A stretch of DNA of 64,000 bases from an uncultured delta proteobacterium (GCA_963804165.1 CAWDPO010000043.1:64001-128000), one strand, 5' to 3'; shown: positions 21,100-33,434, counted from the stretch's first letter. Made by a program: numbers and translations. Notes: a model not told the origin generated them from the letters alone.

Positions 21100-21158
21100 A
21101 ACTAATCCCTCCTTTGTAATGGTTTATGGGGAGGACGTTTCCCCCTATACTTCAAAGC

Positions 21159-21173
21159 GCAATCGCTATGCCA
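21159..21173 (-). promoter_or_regulatory. sigma-54 promoter of the hsp20-USP operon
   Basis: TGGCATA-GCGA-TTGC on the minus strand. Confidence 0.85.
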
Positions 21174-21211
21174 GCGAACAGGCTCGATTTATCGCCACTA
21201 ACGCGCGATGT

Positions 21212-21260
21212 TTTCGCATTGTTGAAAATTTTCGGCGACAGGTCTCCCAAAGCTGCAACT
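21212..21260. promoter_or_regulatory. putative enhancer (UAS) palindrome pair
   Basis: TTTCGCA-TTGT-TGAAAAT (21212) and TCTCCCA-AAGC-TGCAACT (21243), 31-bp offset. Confidence 0.65.
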
Positions 21261-21317
21261 AAACGGTGAAGGCTGCGAGAAAAGCGTGATTGGAAGCGAG
21301 TCCAGTTAATCATTTCG

Positions 21318-21332
21318 TGGCATTAGTCTTGC
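21318..21332 (+). promoter_or_regulatory. sigma-54 promoter of the por operon
   Basis: TGGCATT-AGTC-TTGC. Confidence 0.85.
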
Positions 21333-21365
21333 GCTTTTGAGTCAATGATCTTCTAGGAAATTAGT

Positions 21366-22262
21366 ATGATCCAAGTTCGATTTCATGGCCGCGGCGGGCA
21401 AGGCGCAAAGATCGCCAGTCGGATACTGGGGCGAAGTGGCTTTTTGTCAGGAATGTTTGCCCAGGACTTCGCGGTGTTCGGCGCCGAAAGACGTGGCGCG
21501 CCGGTGATTTCCTTCACCCGTCTGAGCACGGCATCAATTGACGAGCGCGGCCCTATCGAACGACCTAATCTTATCGTGGTCATGGATGATACCCTTTTGA
21601 CGGAAGCTCCCGGCAAGTCTTTCATGGCGTCAATGATCGAACGCCGCTTTTGGTGAATGCCGATCCCGGTCATTTCGAAGCGAGCTTAGTAAAACTATCG
21701 TCAGCCAACTTGGTTTTGATCGATCTCACCGCAATCGCCCAAAAACTTATCGGCAATGCATTTATCAGTACCGCTGCCGCCGCTGTGGCCGCCAAATGTA
21801 TTCCGGCAATCCATCGGCGGACGCTGGAGGAAGCCGTCTCGACTGAGCTCGCCGAGTTCGGCCTGCCCGGCGAACTTATCGAAAAGAATCTCGCGGTCGC
21901 TCGGGACGCTTACCAGCAAACACCAGTCATTGGTCTAGCAGATTACCCGGCACCGACCATCGAGCTGCAATCTTCTCTGGTAACACCACCGTATTTGACC
22001 TCAAGCGAATTTGCCGGCCCAACCATACGCCATCGCGGCAGTGCTGCACTGCGCCAAACCGGCAACTGGCGCACACAGCGACCGGTGATCGACTTGGCAA
22101 AATGTAAACGTTGCTTCCTGCTGCTATCTCTATTGTCCGGAGGCAGCGATGACCTTGGACGCGGAGAATTTTCCGCACGTCGACTACGAGCACTGCAAGG
22201 GCTGCATAATTTGTTATGAAGAATGTCCAACCGACGCGATTGCGCGAAAAATCGAGGAATGA
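21366..22262 (+). CDS. pyruvate/2-oxoacid:ferredoxin oxidoreductase gamma+delta fusion; frameshifted
   Basis: VRFHGRGGQG and FGAERRGAPV (gamma); TGNWRTQRPVID..CKRC and CKGCIICYEECP ferredoxin motifs (delta); shifts near 21610 and 22120. Confidence 0.85.
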
Positions 22263-22322
22263 GGCGATGCAACGAGCACCGAAACATCGTACGATCGCGA
22301 TTCATCGTCATCGAGGTATGAC

Positions 22323-23552
22323 ATGACCCAAACTATGCTCACCGGCAACGCCGCGGCGGCTTGGGGCGCCAGGCTGGCCCGCGCGGATTATGTTCCATCG
22401 TTTCCGATCACGCCGCAGACGGAGATCATCGAGACCCTCGCGCGCTGGTGCCAAACCGGGGAGATGCCCGCCAAGCTGGTGATGATGGATTCCGAGCACT
22501 CGATGCTGGCTGCAGCTTTAGGTGCCGCCGCCGCAGGCGTACGCGTGTTCACCGCGACATCAAGCCAAGGATTGCTCTATGGCTTCGAAATGCTCTACGC
22601 CATTGCCGGTCTTCGCTTGCCCCTGGTTTTGGTTAACGTTTCGCGCGCGCTCGCGCACCCGATTACCTTAGAACCCGATCACAACGACGTGCTTTCTGCG
22701 CGCGACACCGGTTTCCTCCAGTTTCACTGCGAAACCAGCCAGGAAGTCCTCGACTCGATCTTGATGGCCTATCGTTTGGCCGAACATCACAAAGTTCTTC
22801 TGCCGGCCATCGTTAACCTCGATGGTTTTTATCTGTCGTTTACCCGGGAAACCGTAGACATTCCGACGCTCGAAGCCGTTAAGGAATTTCTGCCCAGCTT
22901 CACGCCGGCTTATCCGGCTCTTTCCGGAAAGGATTCGGTCGCTCTCGGCGCCAGCGTGCTCGATTCGAGCTTGTACACCTATTTCAAACATCAGATGCAC
23001 CACGCGACGGAGAACGCCCTGGCGACCTATCCTCAGATCGCCGGCGAGTTCGCCGAAAGATTCGGCCGACACTACAGCGCCATAGAGGAATTCATGCTCG
23101 ACGACGCTGACTATGTCATCGTCATGACCAATTCTTTTGCCTCAATGGGCAAAGCTGAAATCAGACGATTGCGCAACGCAGGAAAAAAAGTTGGCATGGC
23201 TCGCTTGCGCATGCTCCGGCCATTTCCGCACGATGATCTGCAGCACGTGTTACGCTGCCGGAAAGGTGTTGCTGTAGTCGATCAAAACATCTCGGTCGGT
23301 AAGGGCGGCATCCTATTCAATGAAATCGCCGGTGCACTCTACGGCCTGATCGATCGACCGCCGGTTTTGCTCTCGTTCATCGGTGGTCTCGGCGGCCGCC
23401 GTTTTCGTCCTGGCGAATTCGACGACATGCTCGAAAAGATGGAAAACCCTAGTGAAACCAGCCCCGAAATGGCGAGGCCGCATTTGCTGTTCACGGCTGC
23501 GGAATGCCGCGAGGTCGGTCGATTTTTCGCGATCGCGGGAAAAGAGCCGTAA
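22323..23552 (+). CDS. porA: pyruvate/2-oxoacid:ferredoxin oxidoreductase alpha subunit
   Basis: FPITPQTEI, SEHS, FTATSSQGL, DGFYLS and GLGGR motifs. Confidence 0.92.
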   Translation: MTQTMLTGNAAAAWGARLARADYVPSFPITPQTEIIETLARWCQTGEMPAKLVMMDSEHSMLAAALGAAAAGVRVFTATSSQGLLYGFEMLYAIAGLRLPLVLVNVSRALAHPITLEPDHNDVLSARDTGFLQFHCETSQEVLDSILMAYRLAEHHKVLLPAIVNLDGFYLSFTRETVDIPTLEAVKEFLPSFTPAYPALSGKDSVALGASVLDSSLYTYFKHQMHHATENALATYPQIAGEFAERFGRHYSAIEEFMLDDADYVIVMTNSFASMGKAEIRRLRNAGKKVGMARLRMLRPFPHDDLQHVLRCRKGVAVVDQNISVGKGGILFNEIAGALYGLIDRPPVLLSFIGGLGGRRFRPGEFDDMLEKMENPSETSPEMARPHLLFTAAECREVGRFFAIAGKEP

Positions 23553-23612
23553 TGAAGGATTTGTAGTAGGTGCGGGTTTCTAACTCGACCTACGACGACG
23601 AGAAAACATTTT

Positions 23613-24534
23613 ATGAAACGTGAAAAATATAAAAGTCTGCGCACGATCTCACACGAAGAGCCCCTCGGTCCCGGGGGTTCGCTATGCGCTGGATGCGGGG
23701 GGCAACTGAGCTTAAGGCTTTTTCATAAAGCCCTCGGCGAAAACGTGATCTTCGTCAATGCCGCGAGCTGCTCGACGCTGCTCGCGACTTACCCGTTTAC
23801 GCCACTCAGCTCATCGTGGATTTATACGGCAATGGCATGCGCCCCCGCGGGCGCGCAGGGCGTGCGTGATGCGCTCGATATTTTAAAAGCGAAAGGCACG
23901 TTGCCGACGGAACAAGACCGCAAAGTCGTGGTCCTCACCGGTGACGGCGCCGCGCAGGACATCGGTTTGCAATCGACGATGGCGGCGATCGATCGCGGCC
24001 TCGACTTTTATTATCTCTGCTACGACAACGAGTAGTCCTACGGCAACACCGGCTTTCAGACTTCCGCAAGCACGCCTGATGGTTTACGCACGTCGACCGC
24101 GCCAATCACACCGTCGTCGCCCCACGGCCGCTTACACGAAAGGCGCGACCTCTTCGAGATCTGGCGCGTGCAAAAGCCGCCTTATCTAGCAACGATCTCC
24201 GCAGCTTTTCCCTTAGATCTTTCGGAAAAAGTTTATCGCGCGTCTAAATTCACGGGACCGAAACTTTTCATCGCGCATTCGCCGTGCCCGCCGGGCTGGG
24301 GAGGTCGATCCGGAGTGGTCCGTGGAGATTGCGCGCCTAGCAGTCGAGACCGGCATCTGGCCGTTGAAGGAAGCAATCTACGGCGAAGTCTCGCACACGC
24401 AAATTCCGCGCAAGTTCGAGCCGGTGGAGAATTATTTAAAACGCCAGGGGCGTTTCCGTCATCTCTTCGAACCTAGAAGCAATGAAGAGACCATCGCGCA
24501 TATTCAAGCGACGGTCGATCGTTATTGGCAATGA
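23613..24534 (+). CDS. porB: pyruvate/2-oxoacid:ferredoxin oxidoreductase beta subunit; frameshifted
   Basis: CAGCG, GDG...DNE.YGNTG (TPP motif), SPCPPGW and AVETGIWPL; shifts near 24033 and 24300. Confidence 0.88.
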
Positions 24535-24596
24535 GCCATTAGGAATACGGATACCCGGGCGCAAGTAAGCGCTTCATAACGGAAGGAAAAATTGTC

Positions 24597-25153
24597 GTGG
24601 TAGCAACCAGCCATCTTATGCGGAGACAGACACCGTGTTGCGGGACAAGTCCAGAACCGATCGCAGAAGGACCAAAAGACCGGCTCGAAATCGACTTTCT
24701 TTATTTAGATCTCATTGAATGCAGCAGGTGTCAGGGAACGAACCAACAGCTTGAAGCGGCCTTACCGATAATCACCGCCGTTCTCGATGCGAGTGGTTTT
24801 GAATTAAAGATGCGTAAGATTCATGTGCAGAATTCGCAACAAGCGGCCGCCTTGGGATTCGCTGTTTTCCCCACTATCCGGGTCAACAACCGAGATATCC
24901 AGTTCAACTGGCGAGAAACGCCTTGCGATCCTTGTAGTAAGGGATGCACGAGCGAGGTTTTTTGCCGGGAATGGGAATATCGCGGCCGATGGTACACCGT
25001 TCCACCGAAAGAATTAATCATTCGTGGGCATCCTCCGTGAGGCTTACGGGCAAATTGAGCAAGCGCTTGCGGCGCCACCTGGAACAACGGATATCCCAGA
25101 ACAACTTGAAAAAATATTTTGCCAAACAACCATGTTGTGAAACTACGGGATGA
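24597..25153 (+). CDS. DUF2703-like Cys-rich thioredoxin-fold protein; frameshift near 25020
   Basis: IDFLYLDL..CSRCQGT, PTIRVNNRDI, CREWEYRG..Y..PP motifs; C-terminal NLKKYF in another frame. Confidence 0.7.
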
Positions 25154-25195
25154 CGCAAAGGATCTCGTCACGGAGCCAGCACCTGGGAGGAAATC

Positions 25196-26298
25196 ATGTC
25201 AAACATTTTTGATTTCGCCGACGACTTGGGCCCCATAAAGATCGTCCATATCTACGATCCGAAATCCGGGCTCAAAGCCATCGTCGCCATCGACAACGTG
25301 GCGCGCGGACCGTCTATCGGCGGCATCCGCATGGCGCCCGACGTGAGCGCCGAGGAAGCATTTCGCCTGGCGCGCGCTATGACCATGAAAAATTCCGCCG
25401 CCAATCTGCCCCACGGCGGCGGCAAGGCTGTGATCTTCGGCGACCCGAAGATGGATCTAACGCCAAGAAAGAACAGCTCATCCGCGCCTTCGCCCGCGCG
25501 ATCCGCGATCTGGTCGAATATATCCGGGGCCGGACATGGGCACCGACGAGCGCTGCATGGCTTGGATCAAAGATGAAATCGGCCGCGCCGTCGGCCTGCC
25601 GCCGGAAATCGGCGGCATCCCGCTCGACGAAATTGGCGCCACTGGTTTGGGGCTAGAGCCAGCGTCGAATGCCGCGATGAAATTTTGCAGCTTCGATCTC
25701 AAAGGCGCCCGCGTGGTCGTACAAGGCTTCGGCTCGGTGGGCAAACATGCGGCGCGCTTCCTCGACCAGAAAGGCACCGTTCTCGTCGCCGCCTGCGACT
25801 CCCATGGGACTATTTATAATCCCAAGGGCATCGATGTTGCGCGGCTGATTGCTTTAAAAGACGCAGGCAAGAAACGTCAGCGATTATCCGGAGGGAGAGA
25901 AACTCAGCGTCGACGCGGTGATCGACATCGACTGTGAAATCTGGATTCCCGCCGCCCGCCCGGACGTGATCCGTAAAGAAAATGTGCATCGTCTAAAAAC
26001 CAAGCTCGTTCCTCAAGGCGCGAACATCCCCTTCACGCCGGAGGCGGAAACGCATGCTGCACGAAAGAGGCGTCCTGGTGTTCCCGATTTTATCGCCAAC
26101 GCCGGCGGCGTCATCTGCGCCTCGGTGGAATACCACGGCGGCACGCAGTCGCAAGCACTGCACACGATCGAAGAAAAAATCCGCACCAACACCGAGGAAG
26201 TGCTGGCCAACGCCAAAAAGAGCGGCACGCTGCCGCGCCAGGCCGCGATTCAATTAGCCGAAGCGCGAGTGAAGAAAGCGATGACGCATCGCCGCTAG
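25196..26298 (+). CDS. Glu/Leu/Phe/Val dehydrogenase; several frameshifts
   Basis: GPSIGGIRM, LARAMTMKN, GGGKAVI, PDMGT, VQGFGSVG, GANIP and PDFIANAGGV motifs. Confidence 0.9.
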
Positions 26299-26366
26299 CG
26301 CTACGGCTCACGCGATGGGGATCTTTTATAGTAATTGGCACAAATATTTGGAAATGGAGAAGAAAC

Positions 26367-28605
26367 ATGAAACCACTAAGCAGACGCGAGTTCCTGAAGG
26401 CTGGAGCCATAGTCGGAGCAGGCATCCTTGTGCCATTACACTTGAAGGCCGGCACCGCGTGGGCATTTGCGCAGAGCGATGGTCTCAAAAAGTTCATTCA
26501 GCCGTTGCGCGGTAACGATGTCGTTTCGCTAGTGAATGATATCGGCGTGGCTGCACCGGATATTGCGCCCGCGCCCGTCACAGGCGTCACCCACTATACG
26601 ATCAATCTTGAACAGTTTACCGACAAATTGCACCCGCAACTCGCAAACGGGACAAAACTGTGGGGCTTTAAACCCCACGTAACTATCTAGCTGCCACCCC
26701 CGCATCACCAAAGCATCTCGGCGGTATCGTCGTAACGCAAAAGGGAGTGCCGATTCAGATCACGTTCGTGAACAAACTGCCGACTCCACATATCATTCCC
26801 GTAGATGCCACCATTATGGGCGCAGACCAGGCGCAGAACCGTGCAGCGGTTCACCTTCACGGCGGGTTCGTTCCCTGGATCAGCGATGGTGGCCCCTTCG
26901 ACTGGTTTGAGCCGGCCCCACCATTAGGTAGCGGGACCGTTGGTGAAAGTTTTCTGAATAATGTGGTCCTGAACCCAGGCGCCCCGCTCGGCCAGGCGGA
27001 GTATTACTATCCCAATGACCAAAGCGCGCGATTCGTGTGGTACCACGACCATGCATGGGGTATCACTCGCATCAACGCATACGCGGGCATTGCCTCTGGA
27101 TACATCATTCGCGACGCATTCGAAGCTGGCCTTGTCACGAACAACGGCCTGCCTGCCTTCATTGAGAACGGTGGCAACGAAATTCCGATCGTCATCCAGG
27201 ACAAGATCTTCGTCTCAACCACCACTGCCCGCACCGATCCCACTTGGTTCACCCTTCGGCCGAATGCGCAGGTAGGAGATCTATGGTACGCCCATGTGTA
27301 CGAACCCGCGTTGTACACACTCAGAGGCAACAAGAAAGGGCGCGGCTCCCTACCCCATCCCTCAGCCGTCCCTGAGTTCTTCGGCGACACTATGCTCGCC
27401 AATGGCACCGTGTATCCCGAGGCTACCGTGGAAGCGAGGAGATATCGGCTCCGTATTCTGAACGCCTGTAACGCCCGCTTCCTTAATCTGCAACTCTACG
27501 TCGACAATGGCAGCACGGATGGTATCACGCTGGACTTCGAAACGCTGACGCCGACGAACGAGGCCTACAACCCCTCGGCAATTACAGGCTTAGCGCCGTT
27601 TAGTTGCCTGCAGATTGGACAGAGGGCGGCTTCCTGCCGAAGCCTGTCAATGTTCCATTGAATGTCCCGGTCAGCCCCGTAACGCTTGCTGGCTCGCTGA
27701 TCCTTGGGCCGGCGGAGCGTGCTGATGTGATCATCGACTTCACCGGATATACGGGTCGAAAACTCATCCTTTACAATGACGCACCGGCCCCATTTCCGGA
27801 TGGGGAAGAGATCAAGGACTACTTCCCGGAAAACGAGGAAAACCCTGTTCAGCCAGTGCCAGGTTTCGGGCCCAACACTCGGCAGATCATGCGCTTCAAG
27901 GTGGTTGCAGCAACGGGTCTGGATCCGGTGCTGGGTATCTCAACCTCAACGGACTTCACGTCCGGGATTGATCCTTTGTTGGTTGCGCAAACTCCCGGCG
28001 TACCGACCCCTGTGCCTCTAAGCATCGGTGGCGTCCCGGTGACCGTTAGGAGACTGACTCTAAACGAGAGCTTCGATGACTTCGGCCGCCTCATTCAGTT
28101 GCAGGGCACCAACATACCTCTAGTAAATCGTGGCAAGGGATTCGGAAGGGCTTACACAGATCCTGTCACGGAGGTGATCAATCGAAACGCCATCGGAAGT
28201 CGTGGAAGATCGCCGACCTTACTGGCGATACGCATCCCATCCACTTTCACCTGGTGAACGTTCAGGATCCTCTCGCGCCAGCCGTTCAGGATCACGACCT
28301 ACAAGGGCACGCCCTCTTTTCTCCGACCGCCGGTCGCTCCTGATTTGAATGAACTGGGTTGGAAAGACAGCGTCAGAATGAATCCGGGAGAGGTGACCAG
28401 GGTGATTGCGCAGTTCAAGCTTCCTGACTGTGCCGATTCAGCCGTTCGCCGACCGACTCCGAGAAACGCGGCAAGTGTCAACCAGGCCTGAGGACTTGGT
28501 CTTACGCTATTGCCTGGGCAGAAAGCGCATGAGTACGTCTGGCACTGCCACATCCTGGAACACGAGGAGCATGATATGATGCGTCCGCTCGTCGTCGTTG
28601 CTTAG
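26367..28605 (+). CDS. Tat-exported multicopper oxidase (CotA/bilirubin oxidase-like); several frameshifts
   Basis: SRREFLK Tat motif; VHLHG, WYHDH, HPIHFHL and WHCHILEHEEHDMM copper motifs. Confidence 0.9.
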
Positions 28606-28770
28606 CTCCAAGTGACAAATGCGAGAGCCACGAGAGCGCGAACCAGTTGGGATCCATTTGAGGGCGGCGCCAGAGTCAAAGTAAACTAGCTGTCGCTCAA
28701 CTTAAGCTTGTTAATTTGGGCTTTTGAATCTTGTGAACGCAAAACTCGGCAAACGGAACTCTAGACTGTG

Positions 28771-29758
28771 TTAGCCGAGCATTGCCGTCGCAATCCGCAG
28801 ATAAATAACTACCGACAACAAATCTTGAATCACGGTTGCCAGCGGGCCGCTGCCGAACGCCGGATCAAGGCCGAGCCGGTTGAGCAGCCATGGCAGTGTA
28901 AGCGCAACGGCGCTCGCCGTCGTGCAGGCCGCTAAAATCGCCAGCGCCACTGCGCCGACCATGCTTGCATCGCCCCAGCGCCAGAGTCCAATCGGGAAAA
29001 AGACCGCCGCTAAAGTGACTCCAACCAGCAAACCGGTATAAACTTCACGCCGCACCACGCCCCCAATGGATACGCCTACGGACAGTCCTCGGATCACGAG
29101 CGCTTCGGTCTGCGTTCCGACCGCGTCGGCAAGATAGACAATACCGGGAATAAAGAACGCTAACATCACATTGGCCTGAAGTTGCTGCTCATAGGCGCCG
29201 ACGATATCGGCGGCCAGCAAAGCTCCCAATAGCCCCACCAACAGCCACGGCACGCGGTGCCAAAATCGCTTTACGACCGGCTCTTCGCTGGCTGTCCGTG
29301 CCATCGACGAGTCACGCAGGAAGCCGCCGAGCCGGGCCAAATCTTCGTCGTGCTCGTGGAGCAACACAGCAAGCAAACGGTCAGGCGTCAAAAAACCGAT
29401 AAACCGTCCTTCGCCATTAACCACCGCCAGCGCGCTTTCACCATGCTGCACCGCTTTCCAGGCGGCCTTTTCCTGGTCGACGCCGGGCCCTACGACAGGC
29501 GGGTCAGTATCCATGATCGCGCCGACTACAGCTTCGCGGCTGAGCGCTAAAAAGTTCCTCGACCCTGAGCACGCCGACGAGCTTGCCATCGGAGCACACG
29601 CCGATGTGCGTGGCGCTTGCGAAATGCACGCCCTCTAACGACTGTCGTAGTTCGCGCGCCGTCATTTGCGGCGAAGCCACGGGCACTAACCTACAGACAT
29701 GCTCCGACGCAGTTCCGGAAATAAATTCTGTAAGTGGAATCGATTCTCCGGGAATCAT
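28771..29758 (-). CDS. MgtE-family magnesium transporter (CBS + membrane domain); frameshift near 29540
   Basis: LAFFIPGIVYLADAVGTQT and LDPAFGSGPLATVIQD motifs; N-terminal CBS pair. Confidence 0.88.
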
Positions 29759-29764
29759 GAGGCC

Positions 29765-30016
29765 TCAGGATCTCCTGGTCTTGTCCGTCAAGTAGCCAAT
29801 ACAGCCATCCAGCGTAATCAGTTTGGCCACGTCGGCATCGGGAATCTCGACGTTTAGCTCTTTGTGCAATCCGATGACGAAGTTCAAAAAATCGACGGAA
29901 TCGATGTCGATCTGATCGCGCAGATCCTTTCCCGGATCGATGGAATCCAAATCCACTTCCGGAGCGACATTGCTCAGTGCCTGCTTCACGATTTCTCTGA
30001 TCTCAGCCTCACTCAT
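29765..30016 (-). CDS. acyl carrier protein
   Basis: DLRDQIDIDSVDFLNF (phosphopantetheine Ser) and VEIPDAD motifs. Confidence 0.9.
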   Translation of the reverse strand: MSEAEIREIVKQALSNVAPEVDLDSIDPGKDLRDQIDIDSVDFLNFVIGLHKELNVEIPDADVAKLITLDGCIGYLTDKTRRS

Positions 30017-30066
30017 TGTTGGTTTGCCTTCCATCCTCGATTCTCGATCCTCCATTCTCGAACTTT

Positions 30067-31277
30067 TCATAGCTTTTGCGGCTCCTGCAATAGACGATCG
30101 ATAGCGATCAAAAATCGACCGCCTCGGTGGCCGTCGCTGACGCGATGATCGGCCGCGAGCGTCGCATCGATCATCGGCCGCACGCCCACCATACCGTTCT
30201 CGGCAAACGGCCGCTCACTCATTTTGCCGAAGCCGACCAGTGCCACCTGCGGCGGATAGATCACGCCGAAAACGCTTTCGACTCCTTGTTCGCCCAAATT
30301 GGTAACAGTAATCGTGCCGTCCGACAGCTCCGAGCTGCGCAGATGACCGGTGCGCGCGCGATTGACCAGATCGAGCATATTCTCCATCAGTTCATCTAGA
30401 GTCTTCTTATCGACGTCGTGGATCGCCGGATTGATCAGTCCGCCTTGGCGCAACGAAATCGCCACGCCGATATGAATTCCCTCGCTGGCTTTGAATCCAT
30501 CGTCGATCCAGAAACCGTTGAGTTCCGGTGTGCGCGCAAAGCCAGCGCAACGGCGCGAAGCAGCAGCACCGAGTAAAGCAATCTTTTCGTCACGGATCTC
30601 TTGGTGTTCTCCGCGGCAAGCCAGTCTAAAGAGCGGCGCATGTCGATGGTCGTGGAGAGATAATAATGAGGAATCTCCCGCTTCGAGCGTGCCATAGCCG
30701 CAGCAATCACGCGGCGCATCGCTGCCAAATCCAAACCCTTCGGTGGAACAGGCGGCGCCGGTGTCGTCGGGGCTGTCGATGGTTTCACGGCCTCCGCCGC
30801 CCGTTCGACATCTGTGACTGTAATTGAGCCATCTACACCGGTGCCGCCAATGCCGGCCAAATCCACGCCGAGTTCCTGGGCGCGCTTTCTTGCCAGCGGT
30901 GAAACGCGCAGACGAGTAGCTTCATGCGCCAGCGGTGGCGCGACGGGAGCTTGCATCCTTGGCCTTTCTTCCTGCACCGGCGTTGCCGTCTCCGCTGCAA
31001 CGGCAACCGGCGATGGCGCGGCTTCTGCCTCAATCTTCTTGCCGTCGCCGTTCAATGTCGCTAGCGTCGTCCCGACCGGAACTTTTTGTCCGGGCTGGAC
31101 GATAAGCGATTCAATCACACCGTTTTCAAAAATTTCGACTTCGATAACGCCCTTTTCCGTTTCCACCAGCGCCACGACGTCGCCACGCTTGACGGTGTCG
31201 CCAGGTTTCACGCGCCATTCCACGATGGTGCCGAACTGCATGTCGGCGCCGAGCGAAGGCATGCGAAATTCAGTCAT
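30067..31277 (-). CDS. dihydrolipoamide acyltransferase (2-oxoacid dehydrogenase E2); frameshift near 30535
   Basis: Lipoyl domain VETEKG, E3-binding [13 protein letters not shown], catalytic ADHRVSDGH. Confidence 0.92.
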
Positions 31278-31511
31278 GGCCCATCACCACACGGCGTGCT
31301 GAGCCAGCAGATGTACGATATGGCGGAATCTTCGGCGCAATGATAAGCACTAAGCGGTTTCATTGTGTCAGCCTTCCTCTTCATCGAGAAGGACGGATTC
31401 AAGCTATCGCGCTTATGGCTTTGCGAAAGCGATCCAGGAAAAAGGAGAAAAGCATCCTTATGCTAGCGCGCACTCCGCGTCTGTCACGCGCGACTTTTAT
31501 TCGATAATAGC

Positions 31512-31526
31512 GCAACTATTGTGCCA
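31512..31526 (-). promoter_or_regulatory. sigma-54 promoter
   Basis: TGGCACA-ATAG-TTGC on the minus strand, upstream of E2-ACP-mgtE. Confidence 0.8.
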
Positions 31527-31631
31527 TTAACTGCTTGAGCAGGTCTTAGCTTTGTCTAAGGCCGATTCAAATATTTTGCGCTGATCGAAAGATCACAAGA
31601 TAAGATTTCGCTTGGACCCCTTTGTTGTGTC

Positions 31632-31680
31632 ATTCTTATCTATGCGAATAATAGCGTCATTTTCGTTCATTCCTGCGAGT
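31632..31680. promoter_or_regulatory. putative enhancer (UAS) palindrome pair
   Basis: ATTCTTA-TCTA-TGCGAAT (31632) and TCGTTCA-TTCC-TGCGAGT (31663), 31-bp offset. Confidence 0.6.
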
Positions 31681-31982
31681 AATTCGAGCGGGAACACGAA
31701 CTCGGAAACGTGGCGATTGCGGACAAATAGCTGCCGAATCTGTCATCAAGCGCCTGAGTTACGAGTCACGGGCGGGCAACTCAACGCGACCGCTTTAACG
31801 AAAGCGGAGAACCCGAGCGGATTGTTGTATTCGATGAAGCGAGGCAGAATTCAAGCATTGAGAAGAAAACCCCATCAAGAACTGCGAGATGCAGGTCCTC
31901 TCCGGAGCCCGTTCACGCCCCGGGTGGTAAGCCACCGGCTGAGAACACCCGCCCATGTCCCGCGACAGGAAGTGGGAAGCTC

Positions 31983-33434
31983 ATGAGCCGTCTGGGCGCG
32001 ATCCTGACCGCGTTGCTCGCTCTCTACGCACTCGTGACGGTTATATTCCTCGTCTCCGAGAATCGAAGACCGCAGTCGACCTTGGCATGGACGCTCGTTC
32101 TCTTCCTCATTCCTGGAATCGGGCTGCTGGCTTACGTCCTCTTCGGCAGAGACCGGAAGGCGTTCAGCAAACAGCACGATCTCCTGATGCAAGATCTCGA
32201 GGCAAATGCCCGTCACTTGTTGTCGCCTATTCTGTCCCGGCAGGATGCGGAGATGACGCGGCTGGAAAGCGTAGGTATCAACCACAAGAAAGTGATGATG
32301 CTGGTGCGACGAAACTCTGTTTCTGCCCTGACGACACGCAATCGTGTCGAGATACAGCAGGACGCGGCCAAGTTTTACCCAAGCCTCATCGACGACATAA
32401 AGGCCGCCCAGCACTCGATCCATCTCCAGTACTTCATCTGGGGCGTGGACGCATTTACCGACAGCTTGAAGCACATCCTGATCGAGAAGGCGCGAGCGGG
32501 TATCGAAGTTCGGCTGCTCTATGATCCGATCGGCTCCCAGGCCCATGTGGGCCGCCGCTATGTCAAACACATGCTCGCGGCAGGTATTCGAATAGCGCCC
32601 ACATCGCCGTTCTATCATTTGCATACGATCAGCTACCGCAATCACCGGAAGATCACTGTTGTCGACGGCGTGATCGGCTACACGGGCGGCATGAATATCG
32701 GCGAGGAGCAGCTCGATGGCGGAGATGGGTTCGACTCATGGCGCGACACTCAGGTCCGGCTGGTGGGCGAAAGCGCGGCGGTTCTACAAGCGGTTTTCAT
32801 GGTGGACTGGTACAACGCCATCGGCGAGAATTTATTCCACGCGCAATACTTTCCAAGTGACGCGATGGATCCTGCACAAGGTGACATCCCAGTGCAGCTC
32901 CTGACATCGGGACCCGATTCCCAGTGGGCGGCGATCAGACAGCTTTACGCTTTTATGATCGTTTCGGCACGGCGACACGTCTATATTCAGTCACCTTTTT
33001 TCATCCCCGACCCGACCCTCGCCGAAGCTCTGAGCGAGGCCGCACTGTCGGGAGTCGATGTCAGGATAATGGTGAGCGCGCGTCCGTCGGGCAACAGACT
33101 CCCCGATTGGGCAGGGAACACATTTATCGAAAACATCGTGAAGGCAGGCGTGCGGGTGTTCCTCTACGAGAAAGGCTATATGCACGCCAAGACGATCAGC
33201 ATCGACTCCGAAATCTGCTCGATCGGCTCGGCCAATATCGACATCCGCAGCTTCAGCATCAATTACGAGCTTAACGCGGTGTTCTATAGCGAGCGGATCG
33301 CCAAAGAGCTGGAGGACGACTTCGAGCACGACCTTCAATACTGCAGCGAATTCGACCCGGCGGCTTATCGGAAGCGCGGCACCGCGATTCGCTTTAGGGA
33401 TTCGCTGGCGAGAGTGCTCTCGCCCCTGCTGTGA
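31983..33434 (+). CDS. cls: cardiolipin synthase
   Basis: Two N-terminal TM helices; two HKD motifs (RNHRKITVVDG, MHAKTISID). Confidence 0.95.
   Translation: MSRLGAILTALLALYALVTVIFLVSENRRPQSTLAWTLVLFLIPGIGLLAYVLFGRDRKAFSKQHDLLMQDLEANARHLLSPILSRQDAEMTRLESVGINHKKVMMLVRRNSVSALTTRNRVEIQQDAAKFYPSLIDDIKAAQHSIHLQYFIWGVDAFTDSLKHILIEKARAGIEVRLLYDPIGSQAHVGRRYVKHMLAAGIRIAPTSPFYHLHTISYRNHRKITVVDGVIGYTGGMNIGEEQLDGGDGFDSWRDTQVRLVGESAAVLQAVFMVDWYNAIGENLFHAQYFPSDAMDPAQGDIPVQLLTSGPDSQWAAIRQLYAFMIVSARRHVYIQSPFFIPDPTLAEALSEAALSGVDVRIMVSARPSGNRLPDWAGNTFIENIVKAGVRVFLYEKGYMHAKTISIDSEICSIGSANIDIRSFSINYELNAVFYSERIAKELEDDFEHDLQYCSEFDPAAYRKRGTAIRFRDSLARVLSPLL

Noticed and set aside
26336-26351. TGGCACAAATATTTGG upstream of the multicopper oxidase
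   Set aside because: Spacing is one base too long and the -12 element is GG; not counted. Similar off-by-one sites near 41811 and 59829 and a weak site at 31842 were also excluded.
15326-31277. Dense frameshifts in USP, por, dehydrogenase, multicopper oxidase, mgtE and E2 genes read as programmed frameshifting or mass pseudogenisation
   Set aside because: The shifts are scattered small indels with catalytic motifs intact on both sides and no shared slippery motif. This fits long-read or low-coverage consensus error best; raw reads are needed to decide.
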